Origin: Microcoleus sp. | GTDB lineage: Bacteria; Cyanobacteriota; Cyanobacteriia; Cyanobacteriales; Microcoleaceae | DNA length: 64,000 nucleotides | Direction: 5' to 3' | NCBI GenBank assembly: GCA_042408215.1 | Contig: JAYFMW010000030.1 | Span: forward strand, 352,001-416,000 | Part shown: positions 1 to 9,262 of the stretch, one piece after another | How positions within the stretch are numbered: position 1 is the first letter of the stretch | How the letters are laid out: each line of letters begins with the position of its first letter | Notes under the pieces: model-generated | Databases searched by the model: none | What the model was told of the DNA's origin: nothing | What the model saw: only the letters and a program-made list of their open reading frames with translations | Made by a program: the position numbers and the translations under genes

Positions 1-967
1 ATACCCACTAACTCAGCTTTGTAGGTCATCATTTCTATCAGCTTGGCATGAGGCATTCAACAAAAGGTCTGATTCGTTTTTTTCCCTAACTCTAAATTTT
101 GTTTCCACCCCACATTGTTTCCAATTACTAACTGCCCTATTTCCTCGTCCACCAACCCCTTGACAATCCAACTTCTGGTTGGATGAAGGTAGTTGTCTAC
201 TCGCTTGTTTCGCTTCCAGGTGATTTGCTGAATTGGGCGCGTGGTATATTTCCCTTTTTCAAGTTGCGACTGTAAAAATGCTCGGCGCTTATTGAAACCT
301 TGATTGATTGATTTGAGATGCTTTCCGTCATAAAGAGTTGGCATAAATGTTGGCTTTTTCGCTGCAAAACCCACGAGGCGTTCGAAGCATAAATCTATAC
401 CTGCTATGAGTTTGGGGTTTAAATCCACAATGGTAACAGGCTTTTCATAAACCACCTCAACCATGTAGGTAGCTGTTGCAGGAACTCTCCTTACCTCTCT
501 GACATAAGAGTGCTTTTGTAGCAATTATCATCTCAGTTTGAGCTCGATGAAGTCGCCCGTTATTTTTCTGTTTCCCCCTTTGTCCTATCGATTGGTTATC
601 ATAAATTAACAAGTTACGTCCGCAGGCTTTATGTTTGTATTTGGGGATGTAGGGGCGGGCTAAAAATAGATGGATATCCCGGTAATAAGCCCCCCTCGCC
701 TTTGGCCAAGCTGACCAATCGTGAATAACTTGTTTGAGAACTTGATTGCTAACTTTTGCTGGTAAGGATTTATAGTCGTCTGTGGGTTTGACGATCGCAT
801 ATAACTGTTTTAGACTTAAAGCAAATCCCACCCTCGACCCAAGCCCAAAAAAAACACACCAAAAAAGTGTTGCCTCACCCAATAGTTACCATGCTTGTAG
901 AGATTTTTTGACAGGAATGATCGTTCATCGAACCGTTGAAAAAACTGATGCTGTCTGTCTATGTAAT
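1..967 (-). pseudogene. tnpB: Decayed IS200/IS605-family TnpB, frameshifted; its first codons lie at 5347-5365 beyond an IS607 insertion
   Basis: Overlapping ORFs 57-524, 457-882 and part of 816-1103 give consecutive TnpB pieces (SKNLY..NY.VRQ, LPAKVSNQVL, IAGIDL, LVIGNNVGWKQ); runs off the window edge. Confidence 0.85.
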
Positions 968-1050
968 CTGCTATACAAATACTAGACAAGCCTAGACATT
1001 TGCTTCTTACTTCATCGGGAGCATGGGAGCAGTTATCCCTCAGTAAGCTT

Positions 1051-4000
1051 TCACGGTTTAGCCAACCGCGATACGCCAGTTGCTCCACTTGGGGAAACCC
1101 CAAGACCGCACTGGCTTAAATTTATCGCTGCATTCAAATCTCTATCCATCCCATGACCGCAACTTCCACAGTTGTAAGTTCTTTCTTTCAATGGCATATC
1201 TTGAATATGTCCGCAATTTGAACAGGTTTTGCTTGACGGGAACCATCGGTCGGCAACAATCACTTCACAGCCAAACTTTTTAGCCTTGTATTCTAGCTGA
1301 CGCTTGAATTCATGAAATCCACAGTCAGCTATTACTTGCGCTAACTTGTGATTCTTTAGCATCCCAGAAGTATTTAAATCTTCTACTACTATCGTTGCGT
1401 GGTTTTTGCAGAAGTAAGTAGTGATTTGATGAAGAGTATTCTTTCTGAGGTTTGCTATTTTGGCATGATGTTTTGCTAGCCTTTGTTTGGCCTTAAATCT
1501 CTGGCTGGAGCCTTTCACTTTTCTTGCAAGAACTCTGGATAGTCTCTTGAGTTTTGCCAGGTGCACTTTATAGTGTTTTGGGTTCGGAAATACTACGCCA
1601 GTTGAAAGCGTAGCCAACTCTTTCACCCCCAAGTCCACTCCCACAACTTCATGACTCTTGATGGTAGGTTCATGCTCAAGCGAATAAGCAAAAGCAATAA
1701 ACCAACTGTCGGCGGTACGCGAAATAGTGATTGACTTGCAAGTCGTGTGAGGCAATCCTTCGTAAGTTTTTACCCAGCCGATTGTTGGTAGCTTGATAGA
1801 TGTACCGCCGACAGGTATTGGTTTACCGCCTGCGTCAATTGTGAAAGAGTCGTGATGCCCCTTCTTTTTGAACCTGGGATGTCCACCTTTCTTCGAGAAG
1901 AAACGAGAGAAAGAATCTCCAAGATTGTCAAAGGCGTATTGAGTTATCTTTTGGCAGATTCCGGCTTCCTTGAGCCAGGCAAACTCAGGTTTTACGTGAT
2001 TGTTGAAGAATTTCTTGAGTAGGTATTTGTTGGGCTTTAGTTAGAGTCGATTAGGGAGTTGCCCCCCTAACCTCTCCTTCAGAACGGAACGTGATACTTT
2101 CGCATCATTCCGCTCCTCAATAATCCCACCTTTGTTACAGGTACGATTCAAGACTAACTATCGGGTTTTGACATCTTCTTTAGAATGTATTGACCCGTCT
2201 GTTGCTGTCTTTGCGTCGTGGCAGTGTCTATGCAAAAGTTGTAGGTTATCGTAGGTATCTTTTCCACCTAACGATGTTGGTTTAATATGGTCAACTTCTA
2301 CAATGTCTGTACTTGTGAAATACAAACCACAGTGAGTACAAATACCCTTTTGTCGTTTGATTAATGATGCAACTCTGTTAGGAGTTTCTGGGTACTCGCC
2401 TCTTCGCTTGCTCCAGTAAATCCAGTCTCCATTGTACGGACTAGCCTCACCTTTGACCTTTGTATGCCTTACGATTGGCGTATTTGTATGAGTGAGTAGT
2501 TCTAATCCATCTTCGGTACTGAAGCACCAATTGCGGTCACCTACTGTTCTCCAGTATTTGTCCTTATTGATGCTACCTTTTCCCCTCGATTTAGCCCAGG
2601 CTCTTAATTTTTGCCATGTCAGCATATCTACCCTTGAATAGGTTTGCTTACTAACTTGTGTCGAGTAATATTTCGACCATCCTCTGATGATTGGATTTAA
2701 CTTGCTGATTAAAGCAGCTTGGGAGGTGGTTTTATGAGTGTCTATTACTTCGGCAATCTTGGCTAAATGAGTCTTAACCTTGGCTTTTGATGGTGTGATT
2801 AGTGTTGTAAAACCAAGTTGTATCCCTTGTGAGCTGTTGGCACTTCTGTAATTACCTACTTTGTGCTGCTGTACATGGAATCCAAGGAACTCAAACCCTA
2901 CGTTACCGTCAATCTTAATGAGGGTGTGGGTTAGTTTTGTTTTATTTGGTTTTAATTCTCGTCCCATATCACGTAGCCACTCAGCGATTATCTCTTGACA
3001 TTTCTTGACTACGTTTAAATCTTTGTGGATTATCACGAAATCGTCGGCGTAGCGGATTAGGCTTAAGGCTATACGGTTCTCCCGTTTTTTTCCTTTTAGT
3101 GTTTCCGCGTATTGTTTTATTCTTTCTTCCATACCATGTAGGGCGATATTTGCAAGTAGGGGTGATATTACCCCGCCTTGTGGTGTACCCTCATTAGTAG
3201 GGAATAAAGAATCCTGGTCACAATACCCTGCTTTGAGCCATGATTTGATTTGACGGTTTAAAGTGGGGTATGTTTTTATCTTTGAGAGTAACGCTTTGTG
3301 GTCTATGCGGTCGAAGCATTTAGCAATATCAGCATCAAGCACATATTTGGCTTTTTTATTAATACTGTCGAATATTGCTTGAATCGCATCGTGGCAGGAA
3401 CGTCCTGGTCTAAAACCGTAACTGTTAGGCTCAAATTTTGCCTCCCATTCTGGTTCTAACGCTAGTTTCACTAACGCTTGCAGTGCGCGGTCGTTTATCG
3501 TTGGGATGCCTAATGGTCTAGTTTCAGTAGTACCAGGTTTAGGAATATTAACCCTACGAGTGGGTTTTACTTTACCTGTTAACTTTAACTTGCCTATCAG
3601 GTTGATACGTTGCTTTGGGGTCAATGCTTTTACACCATCCACTCCCGCCGTATTCTTTCCTTGGTTATCTTGTGTCACCCTACGTACCGCGATACACTTT
3701 GCAGACCAAGACCTAATCAGGGTTTTCTGAAGTTTGCGAACTGCTTTAACATCACCACGTTCACTCGCTTGGAATATTCGCTTTTGCAACTTAAAAGTCA
3801 CCCTTTCTAGCTTGCGCCAGTTGATGTCTTTCCACTCCACCGTCTGATTGTTCAGCGTTTTAGATATGTTCATTGCTACTTGTTCAACTCCTTTGGAATT
3901 ACCGAGTATCTGTTAGCATATCCCCCGCATTACCGAGGGCATTCCGCTTTTGATACCATCCCGCTCTCTTACACCGTTCGTTAGCTACTTACTGGTTATC

Positions 4001-4620
4001 GACCTTACCAGAGGTTTAAGAGAGTTACTTCGTTCCGATTACACATTGATTGAGTCTTTAGCGTGATGTTTTCCACCGGGTTTATTGGGCGGTGCTTATA
4101 AGTCGAATGGACATTCGCTTATGCCCTATCCTTGCCTTTTGGCTTGGTGTTATCAAGTTTTACCGCATTTTCAACGGATTTATCCTTGGTCAGCCATTTC
4201 ACCATTTATCATTACGATGGTTCAAACACATCATTGCTTTCGCTACGCATGGACTCTTGCTCGATAGTTACTAGATTTGGCTTCTAGTAGTTCTACCTTT
4301 TAACCCCGCTTTAGTTAATTGGTTGCTACCCAATTAACTAGGGGTTATGCTTTCACCTCTGCACTTGAGGGGAAGGACTTACCGCACGGCGGTTCACCTC
4401 CAAATGTAATCAGTTATCACCAGTCTTATCAACTAGGCTAACCGTCCCATAAGCGTTTCAGCTTATTTTAGGTTAAACGAATCGCACATCCATCTTTATA
4501 AAGGTAACACCAAGTAGCCAGTCCCCAGTTATAAGTAAACCTCGCTATGCCAGCGTGTTTACTCATGACCGTTGATTGACTCTTGTTTAGCTTTAACTTT
4601 GTTTTGATGGACAAAAGCAT
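1051..4620 (-). CDS. tnpB: IS607 TnpB RNA-guided nuclease split by a group II intron (exons 4488-4620 and 1051-2039; 373 aa when spliced)
   Basis: Exon 1 MLLSIKTKLKL...LYKDG joins exon 2 LKPNKYLLKKFFNNH in frame with no stops; RuvC motifs VGVDLG, VVEDL, DRDLNAA; zinc ribbon CSNC/CGSC. Confidence 0.88.
1073..1116 (-). repeat. Small palindromic dispersed repeat inserted in frame near the 3' end of tnpB
   Basis: GCCAGTGC..TTGGGGTTTCCCCAA..GCAACTGGC hairpin; adds about 15 aa (QCGLGVSPSGATGVS) between NLS and RLAK. Confidence 0.55.
2040..4487 (-). mobile_element. Group II intron (IIB-like), 2448 nt
   Basis: 5' end GTGCG at 4487; domain V GAGCGGAATGATGCGAAAGTATCACGTTCCGTTC; domain VI hairpin ending in AAC at 2040; candidate EBS1 GUCCAU (4107-4112) pairs with exon end AUGGAU. 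Confidence 0.93.
2158..3873 (-). CDS. ltrA: Group II intron reverse transcriptase/maturase with C-terminal HNH endonuclease
   Basis: RT0 GKNTAGVDG, PQGGVISPLLANIALH, YADD, X domain (NPIIRGW..YY), CTHC..EVDH..NLQLLHRHCH. Confidence 0.95.
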   Translation of the reverse strand: MNISKTLNNQTVEWKDINWRKLERVTFKLQKRIFQASERGDVKAVRKLQKTLIRSWSAKCIAVRRVTQDNQGKNTAGVDGVKALTPKQRINLIGKLKLTGKVKPTRRVNIPKPGTTETRPLGIPTINDRALQALVKLALEPEWEAKFEPNSYGFRPGRSCHDAIQAIFDSINKKAKYVLDADIAKCFDRIDHKALLSKIKTYPTLNRQIKSWLKAGYCDQDSLFPTNEGTPQGGVISPLLANIALHGMEERIKQYAETLKGKKRENRIALSLIRYADDFVIIHKDLNVVKKCQEIIAEWLRDMGRELKPNKTKLTHTLIKIDGNVGFEFLGFHVQQHKVGNYRSANSSQGIQLGFTTLITPSKAKVKTHLAKIAEVIDTHKTTSQAALISKLNPIIRGWSKYYSTQVSKQTYSRVDMLTWQKLRAWAKSRGKGSINKDKYWRTVGDRNWCFSTEDGLELLTHTNTPIVRHTKVKGEASPYNGDWIYWSKRRGEYPETPNRVASLIKRQKGICTHCGLYFTSTDIVEVDHIKPTSLGGKDTYDNLQLLHRHCHDAKTATDGSIHSKEDVKTR

Positions 4621-4629
4621 TGTTCGACC

Positions 4630-5280
4630 TCAACACTGGATTTCTTGATTGCTCAATTCTGACAGGTCTTGTACGGGTTTGTCAATAGCCTTTTTCAGAT
4701 TCTCCTTGATTTCCTTGGAGTAATTTCGCCAACCGTACAAACGGCCAGAAAAACAGTGGATTATCGCCATCAAGTCTTCTACTAATTCATGTTGCGGAGA
4801 CAGTGATTCTTGATTGGCGACTACAATTTCACATCCCACTGATATCGCAAGCTCCTGAATGAATTCAAAGGCAAATCTGCACATCCTATCCTTGTGTGCA
4901 ATTACAATTGTTGATATTTCGCCTTTGAGCATTGACAGCATGATTGCTAGAAACTTTTTTCTCTTAAAGTTTAACCCACCACCAATTTCCGATACCCAGT
5001 CATCAACCGTCAGTCCTCTACCTAGGCAAAAAGCTTCCATAGCAAGTAACTGATTTTTCAGTTCTGGCTTCTGCCCGTTAGATGAAACTCGACAGTAAAC
5101 GATTGTCTTTCGGTTGGCTTCTATGGGTTTCAGACCGTTGGCTATCAAGAGATCGTCTTCTGTGTAGAAGCGATGGCCTGACAGGGTGCGCTTGGCTGGC
5201 AACTTCCCCGCGACATCCCAGCGCTGGAGGGTCTTTACTGATAGCCCAAGCTTTTTTGCGAATTCGTGTGGTTTGAACAT
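4630..5280 (-). CDS. tnpA: IS607 TnpA serine recombinase
   Basis: MerR-like HTH (KTLQRWD) followed by YCRVSS and HKDRM.RF catalytic motifs. Confidence 0.93.
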   Translation of the reverse strand: MFKPHEFAKKLGLSVKTLQRWDVAGKLPAKRTLSGHRFYTEDDLLIANGLKPIEANRKTIVYCRVSSNGQKPELKNQLLAMEAFCLGRGLTVDDWVSEIGGGLNFKRKKFLAIMLSMLKGEISTIVIAHKDRMCRFAFEFIQELAISVGCEIVVANQESLSPQHELVEDLMAIIHCFSGRLYGWRNYSKEIKENLKKAIDKPVQDLSELSNQEIQC

Positions 5281-5998
5281 GGTACACGTAAGAGGTTTGT
5301 CGGCAAGTGTACCACTTTGTTTATTTATTCACTAGCTAGGTACTAGCTCTTTCAACAACCATCATATTTTATGGAGGTAGAAAAGTTTATGGGCTTGTGT
5401 CCGGTAATGTGCGGTAAAATCCAGGGATTATCTGATCTAGTTTAGCACCCCAAAGCCGAAACAAGTCAACCGAAGGTAGAAGGCTGGCTTTCGGCTACAG
5501 GCGCTGCTCACCCAAGGGCGATCGCTCCTTGCACTTCAGCAGGCGCTCCCCCATGCCTTGAGTTGCAGGTCGTCTGGTCTCCGTCAATTCAACCCAAGCT
5601 CTGCTGGCCACAGGTAAAGTAGGGATTTGAACCGCGCTACCTTAGAATAGGGGAATGCCAAGCGCCTGCGCGTGAGTAGCAGGCGAGCAAAAAAGTATTC
5701 ACGCACCAAAACCGGACGGCTAATCAATGCTGATGGGAATGGTTGTTTGAATATTGGTCACAAGTTAACGACACTGCGGTGGGCGGTTTTGTAGTTAACG
5801 AGCGGTTTAACAGCAGCCGATAAAAGCGTACAAACATTAAATTTAGGCGAGTTCGATATTTGTCTAGATTTTTTGGCACTATGCCAACAATCAGGCAGAT
5901 CTGCGACACTTATTACAGTACAAAGCCTTGATTGTCGGTTGACGCGCACCTAGTCTTTTTCAACTCAGACACGGTTTTAAGGAGAACACTTTAGCTGC

Positions 5999-7237
5999 AT
6001 GCAGGGAAATTTGAGTGAAATTGACATCCGCAGCATCCTGCAACTGATTGAGTTAGGTCAGCGAACAGGAGAACTGTTCGTAGAGGCCTACAGCTCCATC
6101 GTCAGCAGCACTGGTACTCAACCTACCCAGCGCTCCCTTGCAGGACAATCCTGGTTTGTCTTCTGCTTCAATGGTCAGATTATTTACGCTACCCAGAGTG
6201 CGGGCAGTTTGTTTCGCTTGCGCGACTACCTGCGTCGCTACAAAGCAGACACCGCCCTCGACCAAATCCAAGTTCCCTACATGGCTTCTACCAATGCGCC
6301 AGAATACGGCTACCTGTGGGCGCTGCTAGAAAACCACATCCTCACCCCAGCTCAAGGGCGCAACATCATCCACAGCATGATCCACGAAACCCTCTTTGAC
6401 TTGCTCAGTCTCCACCAGGGTTCCTTCACCTTTGAAATGGGGTCTGCCTTAGCTCCTCAATTAACCAGCTTAGAAATTAGCTCCCTGCTGGCGAAGATTG
6501 TCAAACAGGTACAGCAGTGGAAGCAGTTTCACCCTCACATTCAGTCGCCCAACCAATGCCCGGTGATTTCAGACCCCGCCGAGTTGCAAGTGGCATTGCC
6601 TGTCAATACTTTTAATACTCTCAGACGCTGGGCTGACGGGCACACTTCGATCCGTCAAATGGCTCGCTACCTCAACCGAGATGTGCTGAGTGTCGCTAAG
6701 GCGATATACCCCTTCGTGCAGCAGGGATTGGTGCAACTATTTTACGAGCCTTCTGTTGCCCCTGCCAATAGCAAAAAAGAATGGTCGTCCCCAGAAACTA
6801 AAGTTCCCAAAGTTGTCTGTATTGACGACGACAATGTTATTCGCAAAACAGTCGAGTCAATTTTAAACGAACACGGTTACGAAGCTACTGCCATCAGCAG
6901 TCCCCTCAAAGCCTTGAGTTTAGTTTTTAAACTCAAACCCGATTTAATTCTGTGCGACATCGCCATGCCCGAACTCGACGGCTACGAAATTTGCGCTATG
7001 CTGCGCAATTCTAGCGCTTTCCGGCAGACGCCGATCGTCATGCTGACTGGTATCGACGGATTTATCGATCGAGTTCAGGCCCGGATGGCGGGAGCCACTG
7101 ACTACTTTACCAAACCGTTTGGCGAAAGCGAGTTATTAATGCTGGTAGAAAAATATATCGGCCCTGGTTGCCCGGAACTCCATCCATCGTCCAAATTATT
7201 AACCCAGGAACTCGATCGCGAATTAGAAGAGAATTGA
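5999..7237 (+). CDS. PatA-family response regulator (PATAN + receiver; PilG/HmpA-like)
   Basis: MQGNLSEIDIRSILQLIELGQRTGEL N-terminus; receiver domain IDDD..LCDIAMP..TKPF; first gene of the chemosensory cluster. Confidence 0.9.
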   Translation: MQGNLSEIDIRSILQLIELGQRTGELFVEAYSSIVSSTGTQPTQRSLAGQSWFVFCFNGQIIYATQSAGSLFRLRDYLRRYKADTALDQIQVPYMASTNAPEYGYLWALLENHILTPAQGRNIIHSMIHETLFDLLSLHQGSFTFEMGSALAPQLTSLEISSLLAKIVKQVQQWKQFHPHIQSPNQCPVISDPAELQVALPVNTFNTLRRWADGHTSIRQMARYLNRDVLSVAKAIYPFVQQGLVQLFYEPSVAPANSKKEWSSPETKVPKVVCIDDDNVIRKTVESILNEHGYEATAISSPLKALSLVFKLKPDLILCDIAMPELDGYEICAMLRNSSAFRQTPIVMLTGIDGFIDRVQARMAGATDYFTKPFGESELLMLVEKYIGPGCPELHPSSKLLTQELDRELEEN

Positions 7238-7299
7238 CTTTACTCAGCATAAGGGTTCAAAGTGCAAATATAATATAGAACCCATTTGAGATCTTTTAA

Positions 7300-7497
7300 C
7301 GATCGCCCGCAGCAAGCGATCGACTCACAGCAGTCGATCGCTCACAGCAGTCGATCGCTCACAGCAGTCGATCGGCTTCACAGCAGGCGATCGCTCACAG
7401 CAGGCGATCGCTCACAGCAGGCGATCGCTCACAGCAGGCGATCGGCTTCACAGCAGGCGATCGGCTTCACAGCAGGCGATCGGCTTCACGATCGCCC
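7300..7497. repeat. Tandem array of 17-19 bp units, each containing HIP1 or a HIP1 variant, inside the IS5 left arm
   Basis: About 11 units of GCGATCGCTCACAGCAG / GCGATCGGCTTCACAGCAG. Confidence 0.9.
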
Positions 7498-7616
7498 AGA
7501 AAAGCTCTTTTTTTGAGGTGGTTCGGTTTAAAAGAGCGCGCTCGATAGATTTTCGAGTTGGTTGTCCCCCATCAAGTTTTGAGGTAAAATTACCAGAAAA
7601 AGACCCGAAAGCCATC

Positions 7617-8465
7617 ATGCCGTATTCTAGTAACCTAACGGACTCCGAATGGGAAATTCTCGAGCCTCTACTACATCAAATATTACCCGTTAAAAAGCCA
7701 ACTCGACCTCCTAGCTGGACTAAAAGAGAAATCTTAGATGGTATCTTCTATCAACTCAAGAATGGGTGTAATTGGGAAGACTTACCTAAAGACTTACCAC
7801 CCTACTCAACTGTATATTGGTATTACAAGCAATGGCGCTCAGAAGGAGTGCTTGAAGATTTGATGAAAGTCTTACATTCTCAAGTACGCGAACAAGTCAA
7901 AAAAAACCGAAGTGGACTACGTTGATCATTCTCGACTCACAAGCCGTGAAAAACACCTGTAATGCCAGTCTTGCATCGAAAGGATTTTGTTTCTACAAAT
8001 CGACGAATGGTATTAAAAGGCATCTAGCCGTTGATACGCTTGGGTTTCCCTTCTTTACTCATTGTACAAAAGCCCATGTATCAGATGATGCGGGTTGGAT
8101 TGAAATGTTGAGTAAAAACATCGATTATTTCAAGTCTAAACCAGTCAATATTCCCAAAATCACAATATTGCACGGGCGACGGTTATCACCCTGAACGTCT
8201 GACTATTGAGTTCAAGAAAATTTCTCCACAAATTCTGACCAAAATTAAGTTTGAACTCTCAAAAAAACCATCAAAACCACAAAAAGAAGCCGAGGGAAAA
8301 TCGGGATTTGTTCCGGTTAGGGCAAGGTGGGTGATTGAACGGTCAAATAGTTGGATGGAAAGATGCAAAATACTCGTTAAGAACTTCGAGAGAACTTTAG
8401 CTAATGCAACTGCCAAGGTAAATCTTTGTTTTATTAGGCTGATGGTTAAAAGGCTTGCGGTCTAA
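7617..8465 (+). pseudogene. IS5-family DDE transposase with an A8 slippery site (7899-7906) and a second frameshift near 8175
   Basis: YSSNLTDSEW, W.DLPKDLPPYSTVY, IILDSQAVK, KRHLAVDTLG; DGYHPE and RWVIERSNSW lie in a different frame. Confidence 0.8.
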
Positions 8466-8773
8466 AAGATGTCAAATGGGTTCTATATTTGTTCTCCAGT
8501 GACTCGTTTAACCTAAATGAGCATAAATACTTAGATGCGGTGAGCTTGGTTCAATTCACTAATCTTGACAACAGACTTTCATAGGAGGGTGCAAGTCCCG
8601 AATTGCAGGTGCAGCCGTGAAAGCATAACCTCTAGTTGTATAGAAGGTGCAATTAATATTTAGTCGAAACGATGTTACCTTCATAAGAATTAATGCGGGA
8701 TGCGGGAAACGAGCGAGACTTTAGTCCTTCCTAGGGAAGCGGCGCGGGGGACTTCAGTCCCCGTGTTCTTTCT

Positions 8774-9181
8774 TTAGTTGGCCGAGTGATGTGGATCTTC
8801 TATATATTTTTTTACCACTTCACTACTAATATTACCTGCCGTACTCACAAAATAGCTGCTCGTCCATAAAGATGGCAGCTTTTTTAGTTGCGGGAACTCT
8901 GCCCGCAAATAACGGCTAGAACGACCCTTAAATAATTTAACGACTAACGCAGGGGTATCCGTTGGCTTAACAGCTACAAACAGATGTACATGGTCTGGCG
9001 CTAGAAGTAGCGCCAGAATGTCCCAACCTTTTTCAATTGACAGTTCCAGAAATATTTGGCGGGTTCTAGTTGCCACGTTCCCGATTAGAACTTTCTTGCG
9101 GCGCTTAGGGATAAAGACGAAGTGGTAGTTAAGTAAGAACTTGACGTGGTTGTGGGTTTTGTATTCAGGTAGTGGCAACAT
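8774..9181 (-). CDS. tnpA: IS200-type Y1 (HUH) transposase
   Basis: YHFVFIPKRR, DHVHLFV, LWTSSYF, KKYIE. Confidence 0.92.
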   Translation of the reverse strand: MLPLPEYKTHNHVKFLLNYHFVFIPKRRKKVLIGNVATRTRQIFLELSIEKGWDILALLLAPDHVHLFVAVKPTDTPALVVKLFKGRSSRYLRAEFPQLKKLPSLWTSSYFVSTAGNISSEVVKKYIEDPHHSAN

Positions 9182-9262
9182 AAATATTTTGTCGATCTAG
9201 CTTGACGTATCCACTCTAGTCGCCTAAGCTAGACAAATCAACCAATCTTCGGGAAAATAGAG

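Larger units (their letters stand above)
968..5346 (-). mobile_element. IS607-family element (serine recombinase TnpA + TnpB) carrying a group II intron
   Basis: tnpA 4630-5280 followed by tnpB; an AG dinucleotide lies at both junctions (5348-5347 and 969-968); excision restores the host frame MMVVERDYIDRQHQFF. Confidence 0.85.
7276..8485 (+). mobile_element. IS5-family insertion sequence with probably inactive transposase
   Basis: 22-bp terminal inverted repeats TAGAACCCATTTGAGATCTTTT / AAAAGATGTCAAATGGGTTCTA (1 mismatch). Confidence 0.88.

Noticed and set aside
2158..3873. RT as a retron or DGR partner of the ATPase-HNH pair
   Set aside because: It has X and HNH domains and lies inside complete group II intron boundaries, 45 kb from that locus.
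5400..5990. Possible ncRNA or sigma-factor motifs upstream of patA
   Set aside because: Some hairpins and GGAGAACACT-like words are present, but nothing matches a family I can support.
7286..7616. ORF 7286-7516 and the N-terminal extension of the IS5 transposase
   Set aside because: Translations of tandem repeats and IS leader sequence.
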